Positions 26,735 through 39,608 of a DNA stretch of 64,000 nucleotides are shown piece by piece (the first letter of the stretch is position 1; each line of letters begins with the position of its first letter). Source of the DNA: Eledone cirrhosa (taxonomy: Eukaryota); assembly GCA_964016885.1 (NCBI GenBank), contig OZ024743.1, forward strand, positions 325,872,001-325,936,000, read 5' to 3'. Position numbers and translations under genes: made by a program. The notes below the pieces were generated by a model. The model did not search any database, was not told where the DNA came from, and saw only the letters and a program-made list of their open reading frames with translations.

Positions 26735-26948
26735 CAACAACAGTGGGCTCCAAATCTGCCATAATGGCTCTGGGGACATGTTTTCCCGATCCAATCTCGT
26801 GAAAGAAAGTGCTTGGCGAATCTCTAGCAATCGCCTCATCAGCTATCTGACCATCTGGCCGAATGCCGTGTTCTAGACAATATAATTCCTAACAGGCGTT
26901 GCCACTTTGGACTCCAGCTTGTCCAACATGGATGCTTATACATTCTCT
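26735..26948 (-). pseudogene. TUBA: Alpha-tubulin exon 2 with an in-frame TAG at Trp21
   Basis: tttttcag|AGA...GTTG|gtaagt, 214 nt, translates as [70 protein letters not shown]. This is an unmistakable alpha-tubulin N-terminus. TAG at 26891-26889. No exon 3 found in the window. Confidence 0.92.
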
Positions 26949-27119
26949 CTGAAAAATAAGATATGTATTGTAATTATAGATTCATATTACTAGATACTAA
27001 ATTGACCAAATTGTAGCGGTTTCATAAACACCCAGTTTTGTTTCCTTAAACAGCAGTGTTATTCCCTCAAATGACACTTTACAATCTTTGGAAAGGAAAC
27101 TTTGTATATGTATTAATGG

Positions 27120-27420
27120 TCCCGTAATTCCTGATAGTCGTAGGGCCGCCATATTGACATATGGTGTTTCTTGGGCATTTTAAGTCTGGCGGAGCCTATC
27201 CCTCTCCAGGCCTGAATACAGCAGATTGCTTCCAGGGAAATATAAAAGAGGAAATGAGAAAGAGATATAGAGAACGAATTGACCCCAGTACTAGACTAGT
27301 ATTTTTTGTCAACCTCGAAAGGATGAAAGGCAAAGTTGACCACGGCGGGATTTGAACTCAGAGAGCCGGAACGGATACCATAGAGCATTCTATCCAACGT
27401 TCTAACGACTCTGCCAATTC
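27120..27420 (-). mobile_element. tRNA-derived SINE family A, inverted relative to the 25930 copy
   Basis: Reverse-complement match to 25930-26180, including the ggaagaaatctgctg...caggagttac tail. Confidence 0.85.
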
Positions 27421-29226
27421 GTTGTATAATGTAAGCCCAAACAGACGAGATTGGGGGAGGCGCTGAACAACGAAACATACCAAAGTGTAGAGTTAGGTAC
27501 ATGTAATATTTCTGAGAATGTAAACAATTTCGGACATCTACCATTCCGAGGTAAAACGACTTCGACACTGAATCAAGTGGCATTTTGTTTGTTTTAATTA
27601 ATTGAATTATCAAACTTCACTCCCCCCCAACCAATGCCGGATTTAGGACAAATGAGGCCCTGTGCTAGTTATGAGGACCCTTACATCTAAAAAAATTCAT
27701 CGTAAAAAATGTTTTGGCAGGATGGTGGGGCCCACTGGCCGACGGGGCTCTGTGCTTAAGCACAATGGTAAATCTGACACTGATCCCAACACACACAGTT
27801 ACGAAGTTTACTTCAATGCCGTGGTTTATATACTACACAACATGGTCAAGTGGTTTCACCATTGCCTCGTGTGAACGGAAACCTTGTGAGAGGATATGAA
27901 TAGACCATAATGTTCCGTAAACCATTGAATAGACTGTACCTTCTTATTCGAAGCCCGAACCTTATTAAACTGTGTAGAGCCAATTCGGCTGTGGCATTAC
28001 ATTGGAATACTTAAACGCTTCCTTTGCAACTCAATCAGTAAGACGTTCTACTTAGGTTAACATTTTTATTTTAGGTTAAAATTTATACGGAAAAGATAGA
28101 AAATGATCCTTAGTAATATTTCAGTTTATATAATGTCAAATTGGGAGGGGGGGAGGCATGCCCTCCCTCCCAATAATTATATTTTTCTCCTCAAACTATC
28201 AAAACACACATCTATTTGTATATGCGCTACAATTTATGTACATGTTATGTTTATCACATATCGAATTTTATTTTATATCTTGGTTAATATTTGATAACAG
28301 TGTAATATATTATATTAACCTTCATAATTATTTATATATATTTCTTTTTGTCATGTCATAACTTTATCTAAACATATCACTATTACCAATTGCTAGTATG
28401 TGTATTCAGAGACAGGTTTCATAGGTCATTTTGCTATAAATACTTAATTACTGAAAGCTGTAAATGTAATATGACTTGCTTGGACTCAAATTGCATTTTC
28501 TAACAATTTTAGAGTGCAAAGAGCTAAACTAAATTGACTAATTTTGGCCCCCACCAATTCAGAAATGCTTCCACCGTCCGTGTTATTGATACATTTGCAA
28601 AAGGATATACATAATGAAGTGCTGACCAAATCTAATTAATGTCATTCAGTTTTTCTCTGTAATTATTTAATAAAATAAATTACATTTGAATGCAGGGTGT
28701 GTTTTCTTTGAACTATGTTTGAGAAACAACATTTTAATGTTTAGGAAGATTGTCCTGTCACCGTTGTTGTGTAGCCGCAGATGAATTCGAAATAAACTGA
28801 CTTTTGATTAAAAAAAGAAAAACAAACACTGTACAGAACTATTATTATCTAATGTGTTTCTCCTTAAAGATTGTATAAAGTGATTTGAGGCTATTTGTTT
28901 ATAACTTAGTATGTCAAGCATATACGTAACGCAGACCTGTCAAATCTCCCCGTCGGACAGGGAGATTTACCACCCACTTTGGCGTTGGTGAGAGAGGTCT
29001 TCTCTTGTGAAAATCTCCCCGTTTTGGAGCTCTATTTTTTCATAGCACTCCCCGATTGGGTTTTTAGAGGTTGGAAGATCTGATAACGGCTCCCTCATTA
29101 TCAAAACACCGTTCGCGATTCTTGCGAAAATTTATGTATTGGAATCATTTTTCTTGCTTTCAAAACTTAATCCTAAATAGTTTTGTGACAAACATTTGGC
29201 GAAATGACAAAAAGAGACAAACTTAC

Positions 29227-29357
29227 CATTATTAAACTTCGCTACCATTAGAGGGTTGAAAGAGTGGATAAACAAATTTGTCAGTATTGTTTTACTGAAC
29301 ATTAAACACAAGGAATAAGCAGTGTGCTTTGTCTTACTTAAAATATAATTTTTTATA
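29227..29357 (-). pseudogene. TUBA: Alpha-tubulin exon 1 (ATG only) with TATA box
   Basis: ATG|gtaagt at 29229-29227, TATAAAAA at 29357-29350, Inr-like TCAGTA near 29298. An ATG-only first exon is the typical metazoan alpha-tubulin structure. Confidence 0.7.
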
Positions 29358-29599
29358 CCACCACTTCCTTTTATTCTCTTCCTTCTCCGTCAACCCTTAT
29401 ACCTATCCCGTATTACTGCTATGGTGGTGATGTGGGTTTGTATTACAAAGATTGTCTCAAACCGTAGAAGGATAACCAGTTATATTTGTTTTAATATCTT
29501 TAATTAGCCTAAACTCGATAACTATAAATGGTTTGGTTAGCTGAAGAGTTCATACTTATTAATAAAAAATTCTACTAACCAATAAACAAAAACCTGGGG

Positions 29600-29910
29600 C
29601 AGACATGTGGCTTAGCGACTCATGATCTTATGAACGTGAGTTCAATTCTCGGCTCCGCGTTGAGTCCTTGAGAAAGGCACTTTATTTCATGTTGCTTCAG
29701 TTTCACTCAGCTGGCAAAGATGATTTGTACCTGTAATCCAAAAGACCAACCTTGTCACATGTTGTGTCATCCTGAATCCCCCTGAAAATCACATTAAGGG
29801 TACACGTGACTGTTAAATGCTCAGTCATTTAACGTGTTAATTTCACGAGCAGGCTGTTCTGTTAATCAAACAACTGGAATTCTCGCCGTAGAAACTAGCG
29901 GAGGTCCATT
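29600..29910 (+). mobile_element. tRNA-derived SINE family B (representative copy)
   Basis: A/B-box head plus ccttgagcaagacactttatttcacgttgctccag-like core. Copies near 13830, 25170, 38970, 46175 and 56445. Confidence 0.8.
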
Positions 29911-30139
29911 CTAAACAGTAACGATAGAGAAGTCATTCATCATACTTCTAATTTCAATCAAAATAAGAAAATAATTAAATATTCCAGTCCAGTGCAGATT
30001 TTTTTTTTTTTTTTGCGTATGAATTTTAATCACTCTGCGGGCGCAGCATGGCCGAATGGTTAAGAAGTTTGTTTCGCCTTAAGATGCACTTCGCGTACAT
30101 TAGATGTTGTGACCAGAGTTGGAGTAGTAAAGTATTCTC

Positions 30140-30860
30140 TCGACCCCAAAAGAAGAATCCCAGACACGTTCCTGACAGCATGAATTTGGCAGATGGACTA
30201 CCAAAATATTTTATTTGCTAATTTAAAGTCGGATTAACCCCAAAGTCTTCCAATGTCTCAACCTTGGACGTTTTTGGTGTCTTTTAAATTATTTTTGGTG
30301 CCTGCTTGTGACGAGAGCATTTTAAATCTCCTTGCAAAAACAGGGGTCCTCATGCCACCAACTGCCACACCAAGCCGCTTTCGCCTGTAGCATTTAACAG
30401 CTGAACCAGAAACTGCTGACCTGAGCAGGCTCCATTTTGCTTCAACGCCCTCAGTTTGTTCTTCAGAGAGTTCTCTGAATTTGGATGAAATAGTACCCGC
30501 ATACCTGGTCCTGAATTCCTTATTCTCCAGCGCTTCTCACTTTATCTTGTAGGTCAAGCTGGACCTTCCAGTTTTGTGGGTTATCTTGAGTTTAGGTTGT
30601 CTCAGGTTGCAGATAACTAACTAGATGGTGATCAATTGACAGCTCATTCCTTCTCTTAACACACGAACATTCAGTATAAAATCAAAGAGATCGCCCCCCC
30701 CCCCCCCCCCCAAAAAAAAATACTCATTTCTGTCCTTGATTTTCTTTGTGCTGGAAAAAGGTGCTCATAATAGAGAGCTCATTACTAGAACAAAAATTTA
30801 ATAAGGCCTCTCCGTTCGCATTTAGATCGGAGTCGCAGACCACCGTCCAAATGAGTAACT
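30140..30860 (-). mobile_element. Degenerate LINE APE/linker fragments
   Basis: Remnant LLNFCSSN..IMSTFF and DHHL motifs on the minus strand. Confidence 0.5.
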
Positions 30861-32527
30861 CTTCCTGGGAACTTTGTCGTTTAGATTATAGAATCCAAAA
30901 TATTGAACAAATTTCCAGTATGTGACTGCAATTGTTAGCCTTCTGCCTAAATCAGAATCTATTATTATGGTCATTTGTTTTGGGATGACAACGTTTCAAA
31001 TTTTGACAATTTTTCCGATAAAATGTTTTGTTATGACTTTCTATGATAAAGCATATTTTCCAACAGTCTTCATTTCTGATCAGATGCTAAATATATGCCA
31101 CTAGATATCATTGGTCATATGTGCATGTCTTAACCAATAATGGATCCTCCGTGATTCCGCACATAATGTTAGAAACCTGTCAGACTGGTGCTGGTATGGT
31201 GGTGTATTAGCAGAATCGCAGCATTCATTTTTTGTTCTTTACCTTCTAAGTTCAAATATAAAGAATAGATTGGGAAGTGTAGTGACGGTACCATTAAATA
31301 GAAGATATGAACTCTGTTGGAATGCTTATGATAGCTCTATCAACAATAAAATAAATTAACTAATAACTTAGCAAACACAATGTTAAAATACACAGAGGAG
31401 TTGTTTCCCTTGGTTCATAATCTCTTTTCTATTTTATTGTATTTTCCAAGTAATCTCGGATCCCAAATAATAGTGGTAGTTGGAATAAGCGGGGGAGGGG
31501 GTTGGAAAATTGGTAATCTTTTAAGGTTGTCTTCGTTGAAACCAGAATTAGTCGTTTAGTTTATATATTGAGACCCCAACCCATCCTATTTATTCTATAA
31601 CGTATGAGATTTCTAGTAATGTACCTTTTTTCATGTATGTTTTTAATGTATACAGAAAATTAATTGTCGCAGGAATGCTACAACTTAAAATAAAATTTCG
31701 CCGGAGATAGATTTGCAAAATTCAATAAGCGGGTGGGTTGGTAGATTGGAATAAGAGCGGGGTGGGGGTCTGAAAATTTAATAAGCGGGTTGCGGGGCAA
31801 TTATTCCAGGCCAGAGAGTAGAAAGCTGAACCATGGATGTTTTAAATTGATATTTATGGTTTTTAGATAACTTTTTGTCGGGAAAAAACACTGCCGGACT
31901 AAGTTGAGGCCGGTATCATATATTTAAAAAATAATAATGAATATGATATAAAGGTTAAATGCAGTATTGTACTGTAGTATGAAACACTTAGCGTGGGGCC
32001 CTTGAAAATACAGGGCCCGTAGCAAATGTCACTCTTGCTACTAAAATTAATCCGACACTGTAAACTGATATTGACGAACTCGGAGAAGTTCTAGTGATGG
32101 TTTGTTGTTGTTTAGACACAAGTCAGTCTTGACTGTGAAGATCTATAATGAAATGTTTTCCAGCTATGACAACCCAGTCCTTCTCCCAGACATTGCATAT
32201 TTAATATTCTTTATTCTTTTAGTCTTGCATCAGTTTCAGTAATCTGAGGGTAACCAGCGTAATTTAATCAATGATATCAACCACGTTACTAATTTAATCA
32301 ACTATGTCAACCACAGTATTAATTTAATCAACCATTCCAACCACAGTACTAGTTTAATCGATCTTTCTTTTTGGCAAATCGATAAGTTATGAGAAATAAA
32401 AACTGATACAGACACAGACGTAAACATAGCCACAAGTACACACACATACACATACATACATACATACATACATACATACATACATACATACATACATACA
32501 TACATACATACATACATACATACATAA

Positions 32528-35444
32528 CCTCACTCCTCACCAACAAAGAGTGAAAAATAAAATAGAGACGATGTTTGGTAACAGTAGAACCAGAACTCTC
32601 CAATATAAGCTGATCACCCTCAAACAAGAATTGAGAGCTGTTAGCGAAAAACGCCGATACCTGAAGAGAAAAATGCTTAATAAAAGATTCAGACGAAACC
32701 AAACATCAGTCTATAGAGATATGAAGGGCAAAATAATAAGTGTCGCTGAGGCCCCATCGCAGAAAGACATAGATTCCTTTTGGAGAAAAATATGGGGTGA
32801 AAAGAAGAATTTCAACCAAGATGCAGTGTGGCTAAGAGAAATCCGAAAGAACTATTGCTCCTACACTACAACAAAAACATACGAAATAAGTGAGGGTACC
32901 CTTGAGACTGTGATAGGAAAACTCCAAGATAAGAAAACACCAGGAAGAGACATGATTGTCGGCTACTGGTACAGAAAACTGATATTCTATCGGAGGTGTC
33001 TTACTGACCTCCACCAAGTTCTTAAGGGAGATACACTTATACCAGAATGGTTGACATTAGCACAAACGTTACTGGTCCCCAAGAACAAAGACACCCACTT
33101 GGCAAAAAACTACCGACCCATTGCATGCCAGAACCTGATGTATAAGATGTATACAGCCTGCCTGAACCTATTCCTCCAAGATCACTGTAAAAATAATAAC
33201 ATCATCACAGATGAACAAGCAGCTGGAAAGAAAAGGGTTTGGGGATGTGCTGAACAACTCCTAATCAACAAAACTGCGATGTCGGAGGTGCGACAACTTA
33301 GGAGGAATATGACTACAGTCTGGCTGGACTACAGGAAAGCTTTCGATTCTGTTCCCCACTCTTGGATGATAGAGGCCCTCCAACTTGCTAAAGTCCCAGA
33401 CATTATTGTCAGAGCCATAGAGAGGCTGTCTTCTTCTTGGGCTACTATCCTAAGGTTAAAGACAGAGAGGGAGGACTCTATTTTCACTGATAAAATAAAA
33501 TATTGCAGTGTTATTGCAGGGGGACAGTCTCTCTGTGATATTGTTCACCTTGTCATTAATCCCATGTCCTTTCTGCTCAAGAAATGTGAGGGATACATCA
33601 TTGGCCCACAGGAGGACAGAAATACGAACCTAATCCATAACTTCTTTGTGGACGATCTGAAACTCTATGCCAAGAACATGGATGGGATGAAGAAAAATCT
33701 TGACCTGGTTACAACGTTCTCAAAGGATATAGGAATGGAGTTTGGCCAAGATAAATGCTCATACATGACTGTAAAGCGGGGAAAAACAACAACCTAATCT
33801 AGCAACATTGTCATCAATGGTCTAACTGTTTCACCGATATCTGATGAGGACTGCTACAGATACCTGGGGATAGATGAGAACATATCCTATAATGGTATCT
33901 GTAATAAAGAACGCGTAACCAGGGAATACTACACCCGATTAAGAAAAATCTGGTCATCGGAACTCTCTGCGCAAAACAAAACAGTGGCTCACAATGTGTT
34001 TGCTGTGCCTGTCCCAACACCAACGTTTGGAATACTCAATTGGACGATAGACGAAATCCGAGCAGCTGTGTTGGAACTCGAAAAATACTGAACAACACCG
34101 GAAACTTCCACATCAACAGTGACATAGATCGCCTTTACTTGAAACGTAAGCAGGGAGGCAGAGGCCTAACATCAGTCCAGACAACATTTGAATGTCGCAT
34201 CATATCTCTCCGACAACATCTGTGAACCTCGAAGTGTAGGAGCCCGTCTCTCGAGCAAGTCTATCTGCATGAAACAGATAAGATCATGAGAGTTGGGAAG
34301 GAACTCCTTAAGAGATATTCCCTGTGTGATAATCAAAAACTCACACCCAGGGATGTCGCTCAGCAGTATCGCAGAGAATCCATGGATGAAAAACTGCATG
34401 CCTATCAGCAAAAAATCATGCATGGATATGTTGCCAGGAAGCTCCAGAGTGAGAGTAATATAGATAAGGAAAGTAGTCTATCTTGGACCAACAACCGCTA
34501 TATTGGCTCCCACTTTGAAGGATACGCTTTTGCAATCCAGGAACAGGAAATTAGCACGAAATACCTGATTCACAAAAGAGATAGGGATGCAGGCAAAACA
34601 CCTAGATGTGATAACAAGTGCAGACTCTGCAGAACTAACATCGAGGATATCACCTATGTCATCAGCAGCTGTCCAAAGATGTCTTCGCGGTACTATCTAC
34701 CTATGAGGCATGATGTAGTGGCCAAAACACTGTACAATGCAGTTCGTAAAAAAGATAGCCCCGATAATAAACACATTAAAATCTACAACAATGTGGAAGA
34801 CATCCATGTACATAATATGAAAGAGTACTGGTGGAATGTTCCAGTAAAAACCCCAATAAAATGCAGGCATAACAGACCAGATATTATGATATGGGACAGG
34901 GAGAAGAAAACATGCACAGTAGTGGAAATTAGCTGCCCAGCAGATGCTAATATAATATCAATGATTAGTGAAAAGGAGAATATTTATGCAGAACTGATGA
35001 GAAATCTGCAGATACTCCACCCTGATTACACCTTCAGATTTATGCCTGTGATTGTTGGGGCACTGGGATATGTTAGTAACTGCCTCAATACAAATCTTGA
35101 GAAGCTAGGCTTCACAGGAACAGAAATAACACAACTAGTTAGGAAACTACAAGTACAATCCATTAATGGAACAGTAAAAATATGTAAAACATTCCAAACA
35201 TTTTGCATCTAATAACTGCATATACACATGTACAGATACAAAGCATATACACATGCACACATACAACTCAAAACATCCACATCCACACATACAATAACAT
35301 CCATATCTACACATGCATGCATACATACATATCTACCTAGTTGATGTTGTGTAATTTCCAATGAGAGAGTCTTGTGTCTATGTTAGAAACCGACTCTCTC
35401 TCTATTGGTAAAACTTTGTGAAATTATAAAACCAGAAGAACATA
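32528..35444 (+). mobile_element. R4/Dong-like non-LTR retrotransposon (RT plus CCHC plus RLE), 5'-truncated, copy 1
   Basis: RT motifs (NYRPIAC, WLDYRKAFDSVPH, FVDD), CRLC..C knuckle, and RHD/RPD..E restriction-like endonuclease motifs. Few disruptions. Begins directly after (CATA)n and ends ccagaagaaCATA. Confidence 0.9.
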
Positions 35445-37384
35445 AAGTTAAAGACAGAGAAGGAGGACTCTATTTTCACTGATAAAATAAATAGAATATT
35501 GCAGGGGTATATTTCAAGGAGACAGTCTCTCTGTGATATTATTTATCCTTTCATTAAACCCCTTGTCATTTCTGCTCAAGAAATATGAAGGATACATCAT
35601 TGGCTCACAGGAGGACAGGAATACGAACCTAACCCATAATTTATTTGTGGATGATCTGAAACTCTATGCCAAGAACATGGATGGGATGAAGAAAAATCTT
35701 GACCTGGTTACAACATTCTCAAAGGATATAGGAATGAAGTTTGGCCAAGATAAATGCTCATACATGACTGTAAAGCGGGGAAAAACAACAACCCAATCTA
35801 GCAACATTGTCATCAATGGTCTAACTGTTTCACCGATATCTGAGATGAGGACTGCTACAGATACCTGGGGATAGATGAGAACATATCCTATAATGGTATC
35901 TGTGATATGGAACGCGTAACCAGGGAATACTACACCCGATTAAGAAAGATCTGGTCATCGGGACTCTCTGTGCAAAACAAAACAGTGGCTCACAATGTGT
36001 TTGTTGTGCCTGTCCTAACACCAACGTTTGGAATACTCAATTGGACGATAGACGAAATCCGAGCAGTTGATGTTGGAACTCGAAAAATACTGAACAACAC
36101 CGGAAACTTCCACATCAACAGTGACATCGACCACCTTTACTTGAAACGTAAGTAGGGAGGCAGAGGCCTAACATCAGCCCAGACAGCATTTGAATGTCGC
36201 ATCATGTTCCTCCGACAACATATACGAACCTCGAAGAGTAGGAGATCGTCTCTAGAGCAAGTCTATCTGCATAAAACAGATAAGATCATGAGAGTTGGGA
36301 AGGAACTCCCTGAGAGATATTCCCTGTGTGATAATCAAAAACTCACACCCAGGGAAGTCGCTCGCACTGAATCCATGGATGAAAACCTGCATGCATATCA
36401 GCAAAAAATCATGTATGGATATGTTGCCAGGAAGCTCCAGAATGAGAGTAATATGGATAAATAAAGTAGTCTATCTTGAACCAACAACCGCTATATTGGC
36501 TCCCACTTTGAAGGATTCGCTTTTGCAATCTAAGAACAGGAAATCAACACGAAATACCTGATTCACAAAAGAGATAGGGATACAGGCAAAACACCTCGAT
36601 GTGATAACATGTGCAGACTCTGCAGAATTAAAATAGATGTCACCCATGTCATAAGTAGCTGTCCAAAGATGTCATCACTGTACTATCTACCTATGAGGCA
36701 TGATGTAGTGGCCAAAACACGATAATAAACACATTAAAAGCTACAGCAGTGTGGAAAACATCCATATACATAATATGAAAAAGTACTGGTGGAATGTTCC
36801 AGTAAAAACCCCAATAAAATGCAGGCATAACAGACCAGATATAATGATATGGGACAGGGAAAAAAAGGCATGCACAGTAGTGGAAGTTAGCTGCCCTGCA
36901 GATGCCAATATAATATCAATGATTAGCGAAAAGGAGAATATTTATGCAGAACTAATAAGAAATCTGTAGATAATACACCTTGATTATACCTTCAGATTTA
37001 TGCCTGTGATTATTGGGGCACTGGGATATGTTAAATACAAATCTTGAGAAGCTGGGCTTCACAGGAACAGAAAGAACACAACTAGTTAGGAAATTACAAG
37101 TACAATCCATTAACAGTAAAAATATGTAAAACATTCCAAAAATGTTGCATCTAATAACTGCATATACACATGTACAAATGCAAAGCTTATATACATGCAC
37201 ACATACAACTCAAAACATCCACATCCACACATACAATAACACCCATATCAACACATGCAGACATACATACATATCTACCTTGTTGATGTGTAAATTCCAA
37301 TGAGGGAGTCTTGTAACTATGTTAGAAACCGACTCTCTCTCTCTATTGGTAAAAATTTGCGAAATTATAAAACCAGAAGCACAT
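35445..37384 (+). mobile_element. R4/Dong-like retrotransposon, copy 2 (more truncated), head-to-tail with copy 1
   Basis: Starts at sequence matching about 33453 of copy 1 and is colinear to the same 3' UTR, followed by cataca repeats. More stops than copy 1. Confidence 0.9.
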
Positions 37385-37482
37385 ACACATGCATGCATAC
37401 ATACACATATACATAAATGTGTGCATGTGTGTGTGTGTGTGGAAACAAAGAGAAGTATAGTGCTTTGCTTCTACTCGCACAT

Positions 37483-37558
<76 letters not shown>

Positions 37559-37705
37559 TATATATATATATTAATAATATAAATAAATGGAAACTATCTT
37601 TATAAAACCATATTTATTTTATTATATATATTATAAACCGTACGCAGTCTCGCGCTTCTTACTTTATTATAGTTTAGATTTCAAGGGTACCAGTATCTTG
37701 GAACG

Positions 37706-37762
37706 CTATCTGACGATAGCGTACCAAGATACTGGTACCCTTGAAATATATATAATAAAATA
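37706..37762 (+). ncRNA. Hammerhead core of the 59144 family within a fold-back
   Basis: CUGACGA-uagcguacca..ugguacccuu-GAAA-UAUAUAUA^auaaaaua. The 5' arm of helix I is replaced by an inverted copy. Confidence 0.65.
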
Positions 37763-38012
37763 AATATGGTTTTATAAAGATAGTTTCCATTTATTAATAT
37801 TATTGATGTTATACTCCAGCAAGAATCCAGTTGAGTGCTTCTAATCTGTTTTAATTTAACTTTGTTGAATAATCAACAAATTAAGTAACTCATTGTTTAT
37901 ATTATGTTGTAGGTCTAGTTCACTAGCTTCTATTGTTTAACTTATGTTGTAGCTCTAGTTCATTAGCTTCTATGGAGCGCTTGCCACACATCTCGGAAGT
38001 TGTTTTTCGCTA

Positions 38013-38135
<123 letters not shown>

Positions 38136-38433
38136 TTTAGTACAGCATTGACGAAGCTTTAGAATACAGCCAAACTAGCGTATATGCATAATCGGTCTGT
38201 AGCTTGAGCACTCAGATGAGAAAGACCCCAGAGTAATAACATTACGTTCAGACAGCTTAGCCAATCAGATATAGCGGTCGGCAGTCAGTCCAGCCGCATC
38301 ACTAGAGCAACGAAAATACAGGACCCAGGAAAAGATTTTATATATATATATATAACAAAGGAATTGTGGTAAGGAACCAGATGGACCATAACGCACCAGA
38401 GTACTCAATACTTAGGGTAGTAGAGTGGGAAAC

Positions 38434-38518
38434 AGGAAAAAGTATGACCCCGACGGCAGAGCTCAAGCCGTTTCGACGAAACGGCTTGAGCTCTGCCGTC
38501 GGGGTCATACTTTTTCCT
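38434..38518. repeat. Perfect palindrome with 42-bp arms
   Basis: aggaaaaagtatgaccccgacggcagagctcaagccgtttcg-a-cgaaacggcttgagctctgccgtcggggtcatactttttcct. Confidence 0.97.
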
Positions 38519-38818
38519 ATATATATATATATATATGTGTGTGTGCGTGTGTGTGTATATATATACACACACACACATACAAGAAAGAAACGTCATTGGC
38601 TAAAACTAACAACTCGAATCACAACAGGGGTGGTAATTCCCAATCGAGAAAGAGCATTTATGTTAAGGGAAGACAACTTTGTCTTGACGTTAAAATTCTC
38701 GCAGGAAAAATGATTTTTACTTCATGTGTTAACTCACTTCTCCGTGTAGGCTCTCAGGTTCTTCTTGTGTTATATGATACACGTAAGAACATGTCTTTCA
38801 TTCTTTTATGTACTATGT

Positions 38819-38893
<75 letters not shown>

Positions 38894-39325
38894 CATATTC
38901 ACACATTTGTGTATATATGTGTGTATATGTATATATGTATGTGGATATGTATATGTGTATGTATATGTGCATGGCTTAGTGGTTAGAGAGGTGGGATTGC
39001 AATTGAGAGGTTGTGAGTTCGATTCTTGGACCAGGTGATGCGTTGTGTCTTTGAGCAAGACATTTTATTTCACGTTGCTCCACTATATTCAGCTGAAGAA
39101 ATGAGCTGCGATGTCACTGGTGCCAAGCTGTATTTGCCATTGCGTTTCACTTTAACAATATTGGTGGCGTTGAGAGGGGAGGCTGATAAGTATGGGTGAC
39201 GGCTGCTCTCACACAAACAAACCTTGCTCAGGCTTGTGCCTCGGAGGGAAACTTTCAAGGTGCAAAACCATGGTCATTAGTGACCGATGGGGGCCTTAAA
39301 AAAATTCTCTCTCTATATATATATA

Positions 39326-39389
<64 letters not shown>

Positions 39390-39608
39390 TGCGTGTGTGT
39401 GTATGTGTGTGTGTGTGTGTTGATATATATATGTATGTAAAAGGTAAACAGAAATAACAACACAATCGGTACAGTATATGGAAGGTATATATTAGGTTAA
39501 CGTTTCAGACGGTAGTTTTTCATCAGAAGAAAGAATGAGAAATAAAATAGATTGAGGGGTCGGGCGGGATGGAATTGGAAAAAATGTCTTTAGATAAAAA
39601 TAACAGGT

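Noticed and set aside
38970-39035. tRNA-like sequences (also 13420, 46175, 56445)
   Set aside because: They are SINE heads with A/B boxes that run into SINE cores and have no complete cloverleaf.
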